From positions 1,143-65,142 of the forward strand of contig DATHMA010000158.1 of assembly GCA_035487555.1 (NCBI GenBank): a DNA stretch of 64,000 nt, in the 5' to 3' direction. The DNA is from Bradyrhizobium sp. Lineage in GTDB: Bacteria > Pseudomonadota > Alphaproteobacteria > Rhizobiales > Xanthobacteraceae. Numbering within the stretch: the first letter of the stretch is position 1; each line of letters starts with the position of its first letter. Made by a program: the position numbers and the translations under genes. Positions 10,210 to 19,392 of this stretch are shown piece after piece. The notes below the pieces were generated by a model. It ran no database searches. It was not told the DNA's origin and saw only the letters and a list, made by a program, of their open reading frames with translations.

Positions 10210-11010
10210 ATGTTCGAGGACCTGTTTTCACTTCAAGGCCGCGTGGCGCTGGTAACCGGCGGCTCGCGGGGCATCGGCAAGATGATCGCGGCCGGCTTCC
10301 TCGCCTACGGTGCGGCCAAGGTCTACATCACGGCGCGCAAGGCGGGGCCTTGCGAGGAGACGGCAAAGGAATTGACTGCCGAATTTGGCGGCGAATGCAT
10401 CGCGCTGCCGATCGATATTTCGGCAATGGCCGGCATCGAAATGCTGGCGAGCGAGATCGGCAAACGCGAATCGAGGCTCGACATTCTCGTCAACAATGCG
10501 GGCGCGGCCTGGGGCTCGGAGTTCGACGAATTTCCCGAGAGCGGCTGGGACAAGGTGATGAATCTCAATGTGAAGACGCCGTTCTTCCTGACCAAAGCGC
10601 TGGCGGCACAGTTGCGCGCAGCGGCGAGCGCCGAGCGACCGGCGAAGGTGATCAATATCGCCTCCATTGACGGCCTCTCGGTCAATCCGCTGGAGACTTA
10701 TTCCTATCAGGCGAGCAAGGCGGGCCTGATCCACCTGACGCGGCGGATGGCGGCGAGGCTGATCAAGGATCACATCGTGGTCGCTGGCATCGCGCCCGGC
10801 GCCTTCGCCTCCGAGATGAACCGCGCCGCGCGCGACCATGCCGATGCAGTGGCGACGCGCGTGCCTGCGGGCCGGATCGGCGCCGCCGAGGACATGGCCG
10901 GCACCGCGATCTACCTCGCCTCCCGCGCCGGCGATTACGTGGTCGGCACCACGCTCGCCGTCGACGGCGGCGTGGTCTATGCGAACCCGGGAGCGGAGAT
11001 CGCGGGGTGA
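10210..11010 (+). CDS. SDR family oxidoreductase
   Basis: TGGSRGIG, NNAG, YQASK motifs; GGAGAG RBS. Confidence 0.92.
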   Translation: MFEDLFSLQGRVALVTGGSRGIGKMIAAGFLAYGAAKVYITARKAGPCEETAKELTAEFGGECIALPIDISAMAGIEMLASEIGKRESRLDILVNNAGAAWGSEFDEFPESGWDKVMNLNVKTPFFLTKALAAQLRAAASAERPAKVINIASIDGLSVNPLETYSYQASKAGLIHLTRRMAARLIKDHIVVAGIAPGAFASEMNRAARDHADAVATRVPAGRIGAAEDMAGTAIYLASRAGDYVVGTTLAVDGGVVYANPGAEIAG

Positions 11011-11039
11011 GGTAGCTACGGTCGTTGCCACATCAAGGC

Positions 11040-11179
11040 TGTCGTCCCGGACAAGCGAGCGTTAGCGAGCGCCGATCCGGGACCCATAACCACAGGCCGT
11101 TGTTGTTGCAAAGAACGACGACCCACGTGCCCCAAAGATAGATTCCGCGGTATGGGTCCCGGCTTTCGCCAGGACGACA
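11040..11179. repeat. CGTC-type REP doublet between convergent genes
   Basis: tgtcgtcccgg...ccgggacccata / tatgggtcccgg...ccaggacgaca. Confidence 0.8.
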
Positions 11180-11210
11180 CCGTCGTTGGGGCGCGACCTA
11201 AATCTCGACC

Positions 11211-12656
11211 TCAAGTCTCGATCTTCACATATTCGAAATCGCCGGGCTTGTTGTCGATGCCGACTTTCGGCGCGGAGATCCAGGACGCGAACTGGCCGGG
11301 CTCGGTGACCGGCGTCATCAGCGAAGCGATAAAATCGCCGTCGGCGGTCGACGGGACCCACTCGCCCTTGCGCTTGTTCCAGGTCGCGTCATCGATCAGC
11401 AAGCCATCCGGCGTCGCATGCACGTCCTTGAACTCCCCGATCTGGCGGTGGAAGGCGACGTTCGGCAAGGTCAGCTTGTAGTCATAGCCGGCGGTCGAGA
11501 TCACCTTGTTCCAGCGCAGCAGGCCCTTGACGCAGTCCTGGGTGTAGTCGTCGCGCAGGCGCATGTTGAGCGCGGTCAGCGCCGGCTCGTCGACGCGCTT
11601 CGCCTCGCCGTTAATGAGCTTCAGCACCGGATAGGTGGCGTTCTTGAGCTGGTGATCGTCTTCGATCTGGGTCTCGTGATAGCGGCCCTTGATCCCCGCG
11701 TTGAAGGCGTTCGCCGCATTGGTCGAGACCTCCGAGCCGAACAGGTCGAGCGACAGCGAATAATGCAGGTTCAGCTTCTTCTGGATGGTCGGCAGATCGA
11801 TGACGCCGAGCGAGCGCACCCTGGCGATGTCGGTCGGATCGGTGATCCCGGCTTCCTTCATCGCATCGCACGTCCGCTGCACCACGCGGGTGATGCCGGT
11901 CTCGCCGACGAACATGTGGTGGGCTTCCTCGGTCAGCATGAAGCGGCAGGTGCGTGACAGCGGATCGAAGCCGGACTGCGCCAGCGAGTGCAGCTGCATC
12001 TTGCCGTCGCGATCGGTGAAATAGGTGAACATGAAGAAGGACAGCCAGTCCGGCGTTGCCTCGTTGAAGGCGCCGAGCATGCGCGGGCTATCCTCATCGC
12101 CCGAGCGGCGGCGCAGCAACTCGTCCGCCTCCTCGCGGCCGTCACGGCCGAAATATTTCTGCAGGAGGTAGACCATCGCCCAGAGATGGCGGCCTTCCTC
12201 GACATTGACCTGGAACAGGTTGCGCAAATCATAGAGCGAGGGCGCGGTCTTGCCGAGATGGCGCTGCTGCTCGACTGAAGCGGGCTCAGTGTCGCCCTGG
12301 ATCACGACCAGGCGGCGCAGCATGGCGCGGTATTCGCCGGGCACTTCCTGCCAGGCCGGCTTGCCATAATGCTCGCCGAAGGGAATGACGCGATCTTCTT
12401 CCTGCGGAGCAAGGAGAATGCCCCAGCGATAGTCGGGCATCTTCACATAGTCGAACTTGGCCCAGCCGCGCGGATCGACGGAGTATGCCGTGCGCAGATA
12501 GACCAGCGACTGCTGAAAGCCTTCCGGCCCCATGTCGCTCCACCAATCCATGTAGCCGGGGTGCCAGCCTTCGAGCGCTTTGAGCACCTGGCGATCCTCG
12601 GACAGATTCACGTTGTTCGGAATCTTGGTGGAGTAATCGACGTTCATGATGTTCAT
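11211..12656 (-). CDS. boxB: Benzoyl-CoA 2,3-epoxidase subunit BoxB
   Basis: QGDTEPASVEQ, EEGRHLWAM, EEAHHMFVG diiron motifs. Confidence 0.95.
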   Translation of the reverse strand: MNIMNVDYSTKIPNNVNLSEDRQVLKALEGWHPGYMDWWSDMGPEGFQQSLVYLRTAYSVDPRGWAKFDYVKMPDYRWGILLAPQEEDRVIPFGEHYGKPAWQEVPGEYRAMLRRLVVIQGDTEPASVEQQRHLGKTAPSLYDLRNLFQVNVEEGRHLWAMVYLLQKYFGRDGREEADELLRRRSGDEDSPRMLGAFNEATPDWLSFFMFTYFTDRDGKMQLHSLAQSGFDPLSRTCRFMLTEEAHHMFVGETGITRVVQRTCDAMKEAGITDPTDIARVRSLGVIDLPTIQKKLNLHYSLSLDLFGSEVSTNAANAFNAGIKGRYHETQIEDDHQLKNATYPVLKLINGEAKRVDEPALTALNMRLRDDYTQDCVKGLLRWNKVISTAGYDYKLTLPNVAFHRQIGEFKDVHATPDGLLIDDATWNKRKGEWVPSTADGDFIASLMTPVTEPGQFASWISAPKVGIDNKPGDFEYVKIET

Positions 12657-12666
12657 GGCGTGCTCC

Positions 12667-14355
12667 TCACACTCTCGTCATGTCGTATTTCGGCTTCTGG
12701 CCGCTGCCATAGCGCCGCAAGGCGCCGTCCTCGCCGACCGCGTTCGGGCGCTGGAAGATCCAGTTCTGCCACGCGGTCAGGCGCGCGAAGATTTTCGATT
12801 CCATGGTCTCGGGCCCGACGAAGCGCAGATTGGCTTCCATGCCGGTGAGGCTGTCGGGCGAGAAAGAGGCGCGCTCCTCGAAGAAGACGCGGATCTCGTC
12901 GTCCCAGTCGATATCATCGAGCGCGAAGGTGATGAGACCAAGTTCTTCCGCCTCCTCCGCATCGAGCGTCGTGCCGATGGTCGCTTCCGCGCGCTCGACA
13001 TCAGAGGGATCAGCCTGGAAGCGCGATTGCAGCCGGGTCAGGCCATGGCTCATCGGATAGGGCCCGAAATTCATCGCGGAGAGTTGCAGCGACGGCGGCG
13101 GACGGTTATCGCCCTGCCGCGAGCCGATCAGCATGTAGGAGCGGTCGGCGGCAAACACGAGCTCGGCCAAGGTGCCGACAAAGCAGGAGCCCGGCTCGAC
13201 CAGCGTCACCAGCGTGCGTGAGGTGACGTCGATGCGTTTCAAGACACGCTTGAAGAACTGCCTGACCTCGTTGACCAGCCAGTGCGCCTTGTTGCCGTCG
13301 AGGAACGCGTCGTAGCTCAGGACATTCGCGCCATCGCCATGCGACTTGAACACCAGCAGCGCGATTTCGAGCTCATTGATGCGCAGGTGCAGGATCGCAT
13401 CATCAAGCTCGCGCGCGACTTGCAGCGGCCAGAACGACGCTCCTTGCGCGATCATCCCGTCGATATCGGCAGGTGCCGCAGTTTCGGGCGCCTTGATCGA
13501 GATCGTCGCCACGCGCGCGGCGCGATCGACATCGACGCTGACGAAATCATAGCGAACGCCGTTCTCGTCGATGGCGCGGTTGAGCGGCGCAAGCGCAACG
13601 CCCTTGCCATTGCCGTTGCGCTTCGAGGCGGCGGCGAATTCCTTGGTGCGCTCGGTGATCTTGCTTTCCAGCTTGGAGTTCGGCGCGATCTCGTCGACCA
13701 AGCGCCAGGCGACGGCGCGCTTGCCCTTGATGCCTTCCTCGATGGTGCAGAAGAAGTCGGCGTGGTCGCGGCGCACCTTGCGCTTGTCGACAACGCGCGT
13801 TAGCCCGCCGGTGCCGGGCAGCACCGCCAGCAGCGGCACTTCCGGCAGCGCCACGGCGGCCGCGCCGTCGTCCGCAAGGATGATGTGATCGGTCGCGAGC
13901 GCCAGCTCATAACCGCCGCCGGCGGCGGTGCCGTTGATGACGGCGATGTAGCGCTGGCCCGAATTTTCCGCGGAGTCCTCGAGGCCGTTGCGGGTCTCAT
14001 TGGTGAATTTGCAAAAATTGACCTTGTGCGCGTGCGTCGCGCCCGCGAGCATGCGGATATTGGCGCCGGCGCAGAACACGCGGTTCTTGCCCGAGCGGAT
14101 CACGACGACCTTCACCTGCGGATACTCGAAGCGCAGCCGCTGCACGGCATCCGCCAGTTCGATATCGACGCCGAGATCATAGGAATTGAGTTTGAGCTGG
14201 TAGCCCTCGAACAGGCCGCCATCCTCGTCGACATCCATGGTCAGGGTCGCGGTATCAGCCTCGACCGCGAGCTTCCAGTGCCGGTAGCGCGACGGATCGG
14301 TCTGGAAATCGATGTATTTCGCTCCCCTGGCGAGCACGCGATCTTCACCGGCCAT
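12667..14355 (-). CDS. boxC: 2,3-epoxybenzoyl-CoA dihydrolase BoxC
   Basis: KLNSYDLGVDIELADAVQRLRF, FCAGANI crotonase fold; next to boxB. Confidence 0.95.
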   Translation of the reverse strand: MAGEDRVLARGAKYIDFQTDPSRYRHWKLAVEADTATLTMDVDEDGGLFEGYQLKLNSYDLGVDIELADAVQRLRFEYPQVKVVVIRSGKNRVFCAGANIRMLAGATHAHKVNFCKFTNETRNGLEDSAENSGQRYIAVINGTAAGGGYELALATDHIILADDGAAAVALPEVPLLAVLPGTGGLTRVVDKRKVRRDHADFFCTIEEGIKGKRAVAWRLVDEIAPNSKLESKITERTKEFAAASKRNGNGKGVALAPLNRAIDENGVRYDFVSVDVDRAARVATISIKAPETAAPADIDGMIAQGASFWPLQVARELDDAILHLRINELEIALLVFKSHGDGANVLSYDAFLDGNKAHWLVNEVRQFFKRVLKRIDVTSRTLVTLVEPGSCFVGTLAELVFAADRSYMLIGSRQGDNRPPPSLQLSAMNFGPYPMSHGLTRLQSRFQADPSDVERAEATIGTTLDAEEAEELGLITFALDDIDWDDEIRVFFEERASFSPDSLTGMEANLRFVGPETMESKIFARLTAWQNWIFQRPNAVGEDGALRRYGSGQKPKYDMTRV

Positions 14356-14390
14356 GAGCCACCCTTGCGCTTCTTATCCGTTAACTCACA

Positions 14391-14454
14391 TGCACTATAA
14401 TGCATGTTTACGAGACCGTCCAGCCAAAAACGCGCGATTATGCATTTTGTTTCA
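14391..14454. promoter_or_regulatory. BoxR/BzdR-type operators upstream of boxC
   Basis: TGCA-ctataa-TGCA (14391-14404) and TGCA-ttttgt-TTCA (14441-14454). Confidence 0.7.
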
Positions 14455-14617
14455 TGATCGGGAGAGGACAATCTTGTTATGCGTCGTCCGCTCGACCCGC
14501 GCCGTCTGGGGTGAGTGTCAGACGTAAGCCCATTGCGGCAGCGGCAACTCGCTTATGGCCACAGCGTCCAAGAGAGCGTCAAGACGAATCCGTCAGGCGG
14601 CCCGTCCCTCCGAGCCC

Positions 14618-15409
14618 TCACGCGCTGGCAAACACAGCGCCCGCCAATTCCGAAATCGCATTCAGCGTCGCCCCAGGCGCCTCACGATGCGGCGAATGTC
14701 CAGTCCCGGCAAGGATCGTCACTTCCACCGGACAATAGCATTCTTCCTGCGCGATCTCGACCTGTCGAACTGACCCATATTGGTCGTCGGCGCCCTGAAT
14801 GATTGCGATCGGTACGCGGATATAGGCGAGGAAATCCGAGATATCCCAGGCGCGGAATTTCGGATCGAGCCAGGCGCCGTTCCAGCCGTGGAAGGCGTTG
14901 TCGACATCCTTGTGCCAGCGCGCCAGTTTTTCGCGCAGGCTCGTGGTCTCGTAGGCGGTCTTGATCTCCGCGATGGATTTGACCGAGACATCCTCGACAA
15001 TGAAATGCGGCGCCATCAGCACAAGCCCGTTCAATCGATGGTCCTCGACGCCGCCGGCATAGATCGCCGCAATCGAGGCGCCATCGGAATGGCCGACCAG
15101 CAAGCCGCGCTCAAACCCGATCGCGTCGAGCAGTTTCGGCAGCACGTCGAGCGCCTCGCGCTGCATGTAATCGAGCGGACGCGGCAATGTTGCCGGCGAC
15201 GAAGCGCCATAGCCGGCGCGCGAATAGACGAACACGCCAAGGCCGGTGGCGGCTTGCAGTTGTTCCGGGAAATCGCCCCAGAGTGCCGCGGAGCCGAGGC
15301 CTTCGTGCAGGAGTACAAGCGTTGGCGCCTGGTCCGGGGACGGGCCGAGCATGCGGTATTCGAGGTTGGAGTCGTCGATCGAGAGGAAGCCGGAGGGTGC
15401 AAGGGTCAT
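14618..15409 (-). CDS. Alpha/beta hydrolase
   Basis: LLHEGLGS, GHSDG nucleophile elbow, GHSPH. Confidence 0.88.
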   Translation of the reverse strand: MTLAPSGFLSIDDSNLEYRMLGPSPDQAPTLVLLHEGLGSAALWGDFPEQLQAATGLGVFVYSRAGYGASSPATLPRPLDYMQREALDVLPKLLDAIGFERGLLVGHSDGASIAAIYAGGVEDHRLNGLVLMAPHFIVEDVSVKSIAEIKTAYETTSLREKLARWHKDVDNAFHGWNGAWLDPKFRAWDISDFLAYIRVPIAIIQGADDQYGSVRQVEIAQEECYCPVEVTILAGTGHSPHREAPGATLNAISELAGAVFASA

Positions 15410-15429
15410 CACGTTGCTGCTCTCACCTT

Positions 15430-15517
15430 CGCCATGCCCAGGCTCGTCCCGGGCATCCACGTCTTTCTTCTCGTATGCGGCAAGACGTGGATGGCCGGGT
15501 CAAGCCCGGCCATGACG
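15430..15517. repeat. CGTC-type REP doublet (gtcatggccggg family)
   Basis: gccatgccc...gggcatccacgtctt / aagacgtggatggccggg...cccggccatgacg. Confidence 0.8.
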
Positions 15518-15538
15518 ACCTGTTACGTCCGCGACAGC

Positions 15539-17077
15539 CTAGCCAGCCGCGCCATCCCGCAACTTGAACCGCTGGATCTTTCCCGTCGCGGTCTTCGGCA
15601 GCGAATCCACGGTTTCGATCCAGCGCGGATATTTCCAGACGCCGATCTTCTGCTTGACGTATTCCTTCAACACCTCGTCGAGGCCATCGGACTTTGCGTC
15701 CGCGCGCAACACGACAAACGCCTTCGGTTTCAGCAGCCCTTCCGGATCGGCTTCCGGCACGACCGCGGCCTCAAGCACGCTGGGATGCGTGATCAGCGCG
15801 CTCTCGACCTCGAAGGGCGAGACCCAGATGCCCGACACCTTGAACATGTCGTCGCTGCGGCCGCAGAAGGTGTAGCGGCCATCGGCATCCCGCACATATT
15901 TATCGCCGGTGCGCGTCCAATAGCCCTCGAAGGTCGAGCGGCTCTTCGTGCGCTGATTCCAGTAGCCCTCGCCGGCCGACGGCGCGTGCACCAGCATCTC
16001 GCCGACTTCGCCGTCGGGCACATCAGCGCCGTTCTCGTTGACGAGCCGCACCTGATAGCCCGGCACCGGCCGGCCCGAGGAGCCATATTTGATGTCGCCG
16101 GGCGCGTTGGAAAGGAAGATGTGGAGCAGCTCGGTCGAGCCGACGCCATCGAGGATGTCGGCGCCGAAGCGGGCCTTCCAGCTATTGCCGACCGACTCCG
16201 GCAGCGCCTCGCCGGCCGAGGTGCAGATGCGTAAGCACGCGCCGCAGTGCGCTTCCTTTGACGCTTCATCATTGAGCATCGCCGCGAACAGCGTCGGCAC
16301 GCCGTAGAAGATGGTCGGATTGTACTTGTTCATCAGCGCGAACATCACGGCCGGCGTCGGACGCTCGGAATTGAGGATCGTGGTCGCGCCGACCGACATC
16401 GGAAAGGTGAGTGCATTGCCGAGACCGTAAGCGAAGAACAGTTTTGCCGCGGAGAGACAGACATCGTCCTCGCGAATGCCGAGCACTTGTTTCGCATAGG
16501 TGTCGGCGGTCGCCGCGAGATTGGCGTGCAGGTGCCGTACGCCCTTGGGCATGCCGGTCGAGCCCGACGAATAGAGCCAGAAGGCTGGCTCGTCGGCATG
16601 GGTCTCGACCGTCGTGAAAGTGTCGCTCTCGCGCGCGAGCTCTTCGGACAACAGCTTGTGCCCGTGCGCATTCCTGCCGGAGACGATGACGCAATCGAGG
16701 TCCGGCATCCGCCCGACAATATCCTTCACGACAGGATACAGCCCCTCGGAGACGAACAGCACGCGCGCGCGGCAATCGGCGAGCACATAGGCATATTGCT
16801 CCGTGGTGAGCAGCGTATTCAGCGGCACCGGCACGATGCCCGCGCGCATCGCGCCCAAAAACACCACCGGGAAATCGATGGTGTCGAGCATGATCATGGC
16901 GACGCGCTCTTCACGGCGGACGCCGAGCCGGCGCAGCATGTTGGCCGCGCGGCAGGTCTCTCTTTGCAGATCGGAATAGGTGAGGTCGGAAACCGTGTCG
17001 GTATAGGCGAGCTTGTCGCCTCGCCCTTCCTCGATATTGCGGTCGAGCAGCCAAGTCACCGCGTTGTAGGAAGTCAC
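15539..17077 (-). CDS. Benzoate-CoA ligase family protein
   Basis: YSSGSTGMPKG, KLFFAYGLGN, SAGEALP, TATGKIQR; GTG start; box cluster context. Confidence 0.92.
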   Translation of the reverse strand: MTSYNAVTWLLDRNIEEGRGDKLAYTDTVSDLTYSDLQRETCRAANMLRRLGVRREERVAMIMLDTIDFPVVFLGAMRAGIVPVPLNTLLTTEQYAYVLADCRARVLFVSEGLYPVVKDIVGRMPDLDCVIVSGRNAHGHKLLSEELARESDTFTTVETHADEPAFWLYSSGSTGMPKGVRHLHANLAATADTYAKQVLGIREDDVCLSAAKLFFAYGLGNALTFPMSVGATTILNSERPTPAVMFALMNKYNPTIFYGVPTLFAAMLNDEASKEAHCGACLRICTSAGEALPESVGNSWKARFGADILDGVGSTELLHIFLSNAPGDIKYGSSGRPVPGYQVRLVNENGADVPDGEVGEMLVHAPSAGEGYWNQRTKSRSTFEGYWTRTGDKYVRDADGRYTFCGRSDDMFKVSGIWVSPFEVESALITHPSVLEAAVVPEADPEGLLKPKAFVVLRADAKSDGLDEVLKEYVKQKIGVWKYPRWIETVDSLPKTATGKIQRFKLRDGAAG

Positions 17078-17126
17078 GACGTCTCTCCCCGACTAGAATG
17101 GGTCGTTACCCACTGGAATTCTCGTT

Positions 17127-17192
17127 GGAATTATAATGCATACAAAGCCACTTCGATCGCTTGCTGTCAATCCTTCTCGGCATTATGTTGCC
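17127..17192. promoter_or_regulatory. Degenerate BoxR operators between the ligase and the regulator
   Basis: GGAA-ttataa-TGCA (17127-17140) and GGCA-ttatgt-TGCC (17179-17192). Confidence 0.55.
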
Positions 17193-17197
17193 GGAAT

Positions 17198-18103
17198 ATG
17201 ACCGATACGACCGACCCCGAATCAGGCTTTCTCGACCAGCTCGGCCAGCGCGTGCGCACCATGCGGGCGCTGCGCGGCATGTCCCGCAAGGTGCTGGCCA
17301 AGGTCTCCGGAATTTCCGAGCGCTACATTGCCCAGCTCGAAAGCGGCAAGGGCAATGTCTCGATCGTGCTGCTCCGACGCGTCTCGAACGCGATGGGCGC
17401 GCATCTCGAGGACCTGATCCCGGCAGCCGATCCCGCGCCGGACTGGCAAGTGTTTCGCGATCTCCTGCGCAAGGCGACGCCCTCGCAGATCGCGCAAGCC
17501 AAGGACGCGCTCGCCGGCCACAGCGCCACCACACATCGCGCATCGTTTGCCGGGATCGCGCTGATCGGCCTCCGCGGCGCCGGCAAATCGACGCTGGGAA
17601 AAGTGCTCGCCAAGAAGATCGGCTGGAATTTCGTCGAGTTGAACAAGGAGATCGAGGCGCAGAACGGGCTTTCGATCGCGGAGATCATCGCGCTCTACGG
17701 CCAGGAAGGTTTCCGCCGCATGGAGCAGAGCGCGCTCAATCAGCTGCTCGCGCGGAAGGAGCTGATGGTGCTCGCGACCGGCGGCGGCATCGTCTCCGAG
17801 CCACTCACCTTCGATCTCATCCTGTCGTCGTTCTACACGATCTGGCTCAAGGCCGAGCCGGAAGAGCACATGGGCCGCGTGCGCAAGCAGGGCGACCTGC
17901 GCCCGATGGCCGACGACCGCTCGGCGATGGCGGAATTGCGCAACATCCTGGTCAGCCGCGAGCCGCTTTATGCGCGGGCGTCAGCGACGGTGGATACCGC
18001 GGGGCTCTCGGTCGATGCGGCCGCGGCGCGACTGATCGATACGGTGCGGCCGGTGCTGCAGAACGAGGCGCGGTCGTTCGGGCTAAGAAGCGTGGCTGTT
18101 TGA
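17198..18103 (+). CDS. boxR: BzdR/BoxR-family regulator (XRE HTH + shikimate-kinase-like domain)
   Basis: SERYIAQLESGKGNVSI HTH; GLRGAGKSTLG P-loop. Confidence 0.9.
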   Translation: MTDTTDPESGFLDQLGQRVRTMRALRGMSRKVLAKVSGISERYIAQLESGKGNVSIVLLRRVSNAMGAHLEDLIPAADPAPDWQVFRDLLRKATPSQIAQAKDALAGHSATTHRASFAGIALIGLRGAGKSTLGKVLAKKIGWNFVELNKEIEAQNGLSIAEIIALYGQEGFRRMEQSALNQLLARKELMVLATGGGIVSEPLTFDLILSSFYTIWLKAEPEEHMGRVRKQGDLRPMADDRSAMAELRNILVSREPLYARASATVDTAGLSVDAAAARLIDTVRPVLQNEARSFGLRSVAV

Positions 18104-18106
18104 TTT

Positions 18107-18184
18107 TCTCGTAGCCCGCATCAGCGCCAGCGATATGCGGGGCGACACATCCCGGATATCGCTTCGCTCATCCGGGCTACGAGA
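18107..18184. repeat. GTAG-type REP doublet
   Basis: tctcgtagcccg...cgggctacgaga. Confidence 0.8.
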
Positions 18185-18196
18185 TCGAGCGCAGTT

Positions 18197-18424
18197 TCAC
18201 AGGTTGTATTTTGCCCAGATGGCACGAACCTGTTCATCGGTGGCGAATTCACCACGATCGGCCTGCACGAGAGATTCCTCAAGCGAGGCTTCATCGGCAG
18301 CACTCAATTGGATCACGGGCTGGTCCTTGCCTGCCAATTGCAGGAGGACGCGGGCAAGTTCGTCCTGCACCTCGGCGGGAAGGCCTCGGACAGTCTCTAC
18401 TGCTTGTTCAAGTAATTTGGTCAT
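18197..18424 (-). CDS. Small protein resembling addiction-module antitoxins
   Basis: 75 aa MTKLLEQAVETVRGLP..QD..A.......ADRGEFATDEQVRAIW; resemblance recognised from memory. Confidence 0.6.
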   Translation of the reverse strand: MTKLLEQAVETVRGLPAEVQDELARVLLQLAGKDQPVIQLSAADEASLEESLVQADRGEFATDEQVRAIWAKYNL

Positions 18425-18462
18425 GGATCAATAATAGGCTTCTTGCGACGCCACGGAAGACC

Positions 18463-19248
18463 TTAGAGCAATCTTGCTTTCACGCTTTCTGCCCCCTCCC
18501 GCAACGGCGGCAGAAACCGCTTTACCATCTCCTCCGTCGAAATCCGGTCCACATGCGCGCCGATGTTGATCGCGGCGACGATGGCGCCGTCGTAACGCCG
18601 CACCGGCACGGCGATCGATCGGAAATGCGGCTCGGCCTCGCGATCGACCAACGAATAACCTCGGTTGCGGTCTAGCGCGATCGCGGCAAGAAGCCGCTTC
18701 GGATCGGTCACCGTCTGAGCCGTCAGCGCCTCGCGGCGTATGGCGGCAAGTTTTGTCTTCAGCTCTGCATCACTGAATCGCCCGAGCATGGCGCGACCGA
18801 CGGCGGTGCAGAAGGCTGGCAAGCGATAGCCGATATCGACCCCGCCGGTGAAGATGCGCGTCGGAGTCGCGCGCGCGATGAAGACGGCGTCATCACCGTC
18901 GAGCACTGCGAGCGATGATATCTCTTGCGCTTCCGTCGATATCCGATCGAGCACGGGCTGCAACACGGAGACCAGTTGGTTCGAGCGCAGGTAGCTGCCG
19001 GCGAGCGTCAGCACATGCGGCGTCAGCGCGAACAACTTCCCGTCGCTGCTGACAAAGCCGCCATGCTGCAGCGTGAACAGGATGCGCCGCGCGGTCGCGC
19101 GCGGGAGGACGGCAGCTTTGGCGATTTCGCTCAAGCTCATCGGCGCGGGCCGCTCGCCGAACGCCTGCAATAGCCGCAAGCCCCGATCGAGGCTTTCGAC
19201 AAAGTCGGTGGCGCGGACCTCGCCGTCCTCGCGCTTCAACTTCGGCAT
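18463..19248 (-). CDS. IclR-family regulator (PcaR/PobR-like)
   Basis: FVESLDRGL, LPRATARRIL, RLPAFCTAVGRAML. Confidence 0.92.
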   Translation of the reverse strand: MPKLKREDGEVRATDFVESLDRGLRLLQAFGERPAPMSLSEIAKAAVLPRATARRILFTLQHGGFVSSDGKLFALTPHVLTLAGSYLRSNQLVSVLQPVLDRISTEAQEISSLAVLDGDDAVFIARATPTRIFTGGVDIGYRLPAFCTAVGRAMLGRFSDAELKTKLAAIRREALTAQTVTDPKRLLAAIALDRNRGYSLVDREAEPHFRSIAVPVRRYDGAIVAAINIGAHVDRISTEEMVKRFLPPLREGAESVKARLL

Positions 19249-19301
19249 AGGCTCGCCCGTCTCGACATGGATAAAGTCTCGCTTGCGGTCCGGATTGGCC
19301 G

Positions 19302-19337
19302 TGTTACCATATTGAACATATGTTCAATAGACGAACA
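19302..19337. promoter_or_regulatory. Tandem IclR-type operator boxes
   Basis: TGTTaccatattGAACA (19302-19318) and TGTTCaatagacGAACA (19321-19337); perfect 20-bp palindrome at 19310-19329. Confidence 0.7.
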
Positions 19338-19392
19338 ATCTAGCCGCGAGCGCTTTCCGTCGCAAGCCCGCTACTATCAGAGGTGACGCGCC

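Noticed and set aside
16487-17197. Long N-terminal extension of the BoxR ORF
   Set aside because: Mostly antisense to the ligase; the HTH begins just after the ATG at 17198.
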